This document shows positions 30,690-32,000 of a stretch of 32,000 nt of DNA, piece after piece. Positions within the stretch are counted from its first letter, which is position 1. Every line of letters begins with the position of its first letter. Below the pieces are notes generated by a model, which saw only the letters and a program-made list of their open reading frames with translations, was not told the origin of the DNA and made no database searches. The stretch covers positions 2,550,001 through 2,582,000 of the forward strand of contig NC_016803.1 of NCBI RefSeq assembly GCF_000189295.2, given 5' to 3'. The position numbers were made by a program, and so were the translations under genes. The DNA is from Pseudodesulfovibrio mercurii. Its GTDB lineage: Bacteria; Desulfobacterota; Desulfovibrionia; Desulfovibrionales; Desulfovibrionaceae.

Positions 30690-30788
30690 GGGTAAAAATG
30701 AGCATATGCCCAAAAAATGGTTCCGGGGGTATTTCCCGATCCGGGAAAATCATTGACGCGCGTGACGGTTACGGGGCAATTCCATAGA

Positions 30789-31544
30789 ATGCGAACCACC
30801 CTGTTCATCCTCGCGGGCCTTGGGGCCGTACTGCTTTCCGTATCCGCCTGGTGCATGGAGCCCGCAGAGGGGGTCACCGAGGTCATAACCGCCGGTCCCT
30901 CCTGGGAAACCTTCACCAACCGGGACGGCACCGGGCTGTATCACGAGGTCCTGGACGCGGTCTTCGCCCTGTACGGGATTGCGGTGCGGCACGAGTACGT
31001 GCCCTCGGACCGGGCCGACGAGCTGGTCCGCCTGGGCTGGGCCGACATGATGCTCTGCGACGACCGGGCCGAACCGCCCCTGCGTCTGGCCCGCCTTCCC
31101 CTATACGTCAACGACTACTACGTCTTCTTCCGCAAGGACCGCATCGGCCCGTGGCGGGGGGGCGAGAGCCTGCGCGGCCGCGAGGTGGCGGCCCAGAAGG
31201 GGTTCTACCACGACTGGGATTTCCCGGTGCCCGTGCGCATCCGCGAGATGCCCTCCGGGGTCAAGTGCCTGGAGATGGTCCTGCTCGGCCGGTCGGACTT
31301 CTACGTGGACGACATGGCCTTCATCCGGCACTCCATGCGCCAGGGCCCGTGCTTCACCCCGGCCGATTTCGACATCCGCAGGGCGGGCCGCCGCTCGTAC
31401 CACCCCATGTTCAACACCGGCCCGCGCAGCGACAAGGTCATCAGGATGTACGAGGAGGGCATGCGCCGCCTGCACGGGGAGGGCAGGCTCCGGCCCATCT
31501 ACGAGAAGTGGGGGCACACCTACCCCGACTTCGACGACTATTGA
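30789..31544 (+). CDS. Periplasmic solute-binding protein family-3-like, orphan
   Basis: The start is at MRTTLFILAGLGAVLLSVSA (signal peptide). Overall length and layout resemble the protein at 16931-17740 (..PSWETFTNRDGTGLYHEVLDAVF.., ..GRSDFYVDD..). No transporter genes are adjacent. Confidence 0.68.
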   Translation: MRTTLFILAGLGAVLLSVSAWCMEPAEGVTEVITAGPSWETFTNRDGTGLYHEVLDAVFALYGIAVRHEYVPSDRADELVRLGWADMMLCDDRAEPPLRLARLPLYVNDYYVFFRKDRIGPWRGGESLRGREVAAQKGFYHDWDFPVPVRIREMPSGVKCLEMVLLGRSDFYVDDMAFIRHSMRQGPCFTPADFDIRRAGRRSYHPMFNTGPRSDKVIRMYEEGMRRLHGEGRLRPIYEKWGHTYPDFDDY

Positions 31545-31612
31545 CCGGCCCCGGGCCCGCCGCGTCCCCGGCCCGTGGACAAGCGCGGCCGCCGGGTGTA
31601 TTCCCTTCTGCC

Positions 31613-32000
31613 ATGCGCACCCACGCGGACCGGCTCCGCCACACCCTGCTCTACGAGTTCTTCGGGCTCCTGACCTGCACGCCCCTGGCGGCCTGGGCGC
31701 TGGACCGCGAGCTGTTGCGCGTGGGCATGCTGTCCGTGTCCATGTCCGCTGCGGCCATGATCTGCAACTACCTATTCAACCTGGCCTTCGACCATCTGCT
31801 GCTGCGCCTGGGCCGTCCGCTGAACGTCCGGCCGCCATGGCTGCGCGCGGTGCACGCCCTGAGCTTCGAAATCTCCCTGACCCTGGTCACGGTGCCGCTG
31901 ATCAGCTGGTGGCTGGACCTCTCCCTGTGGTCCGCCCTGGTCGCGGACCTCGGGTTCACGGTCTTCTTCCTGGCCTACACCTATCTCTACAACTGGGCCT
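31613..32000 (+). CDS. PACE-family (AceI-like, bacterial transmembrane pair) efflux transporter, 3'-truncated by the window edge
   Basis: The product begins MRTHADRLRHTLLYEFFGLL...CNYLFNLAFDH...WLRAVHALSFEISL...YTYLYNWA. It shows duplicated R..HA..FE and N..FN..FD-type motifs and 4 TM segments. The ORF is open to the end of the window, which explains its absence from the ORF track. Confidence 0.75.
   Translation, partial: MRTHADRLRHTLLYEFFGLLTCTPLAAWALDRELLRVGMLSVSMSAAAMICNYLFNLAFDHLLLRLGRPLNVRPPWLRAVHALSFEISLTLVTVPLISWWLDLSLWSALVADLGFTVFFLAYTYLYNWA

Noticed and set aside
30757-30791. GTGACG-N17-TAGAAT promoter-like string suggesting a leaderless mRNA for the 30789 SBP gene
   Set aside because: The -10 hexamer overlaps the ATG itself, so transcription would start downstream of the start codon and remove the signal peptide. 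It is probably a chance match.

Overview
High-GC chromosomal segment whose gene content resembles a sulfate-reducing deltaproteobacterium (Desulfovibrionaceae-like; this is inference from gene content only). About 37 protein genes, one initiator tRNA-Met, and several clear hairpin terminators are supported. In order, the housekeeping and sensory genes are: yifB/comM-type ATPase, a Cache-type MCP, an orphan histidine kinase, an NfeD/SPFH pair, a MOSC protein, glnA, a universal stress protein, purE, purD, an RRM RNA-binding protein, a PAS-PAS-PP2C phosphatase translationally coupled to an MltF-like lytic transglycosylase, two orphan family-3 solute-binding proteins, and a partial PACE efflux gene at the right edge. 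The accessory or unusual parts are these. (1) An ArsR-controlled permease / thioredoxin-like / DGC-domain cassette at 9.6-11.9 kb, with two matching operators and a 12-bp tandem repeat that keeps two genes in frame across a single TAG. (2) A low-GC island flanking glnA, with a decayed secreted-protein gene and two tandem, diverged O-acyltransferase paralogs that carry a duplicated flank remnant. (3) A tightly coupled trio of bitopic membrane proteins with GspL(C)/GspM/GspN-like architecture, stranded downstream of purE and followed by a truncated glycosyltransferase. (4) The best candidate for an undescribed system is a five-gene, translationally coupled operon at 27.18-30.63 kb. It encodes a DUF134(HTH)-DUF5320(Gly/Met/Arg repeat)-NifX-like triple fusion, two paralogous MinD/ParA-type ATPases each carrying a 2x[4Fe-4S] ferredoxin insert, a stand-alone NifX-like protein, and a degenerate receiver-like protein. 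No nitrogenase genes are nearby, and a small winged-helix ORF absent from the ORF track lies next to it. Most long ORFs antisense to these genes are high-GC shadow ORFs and were rejected.
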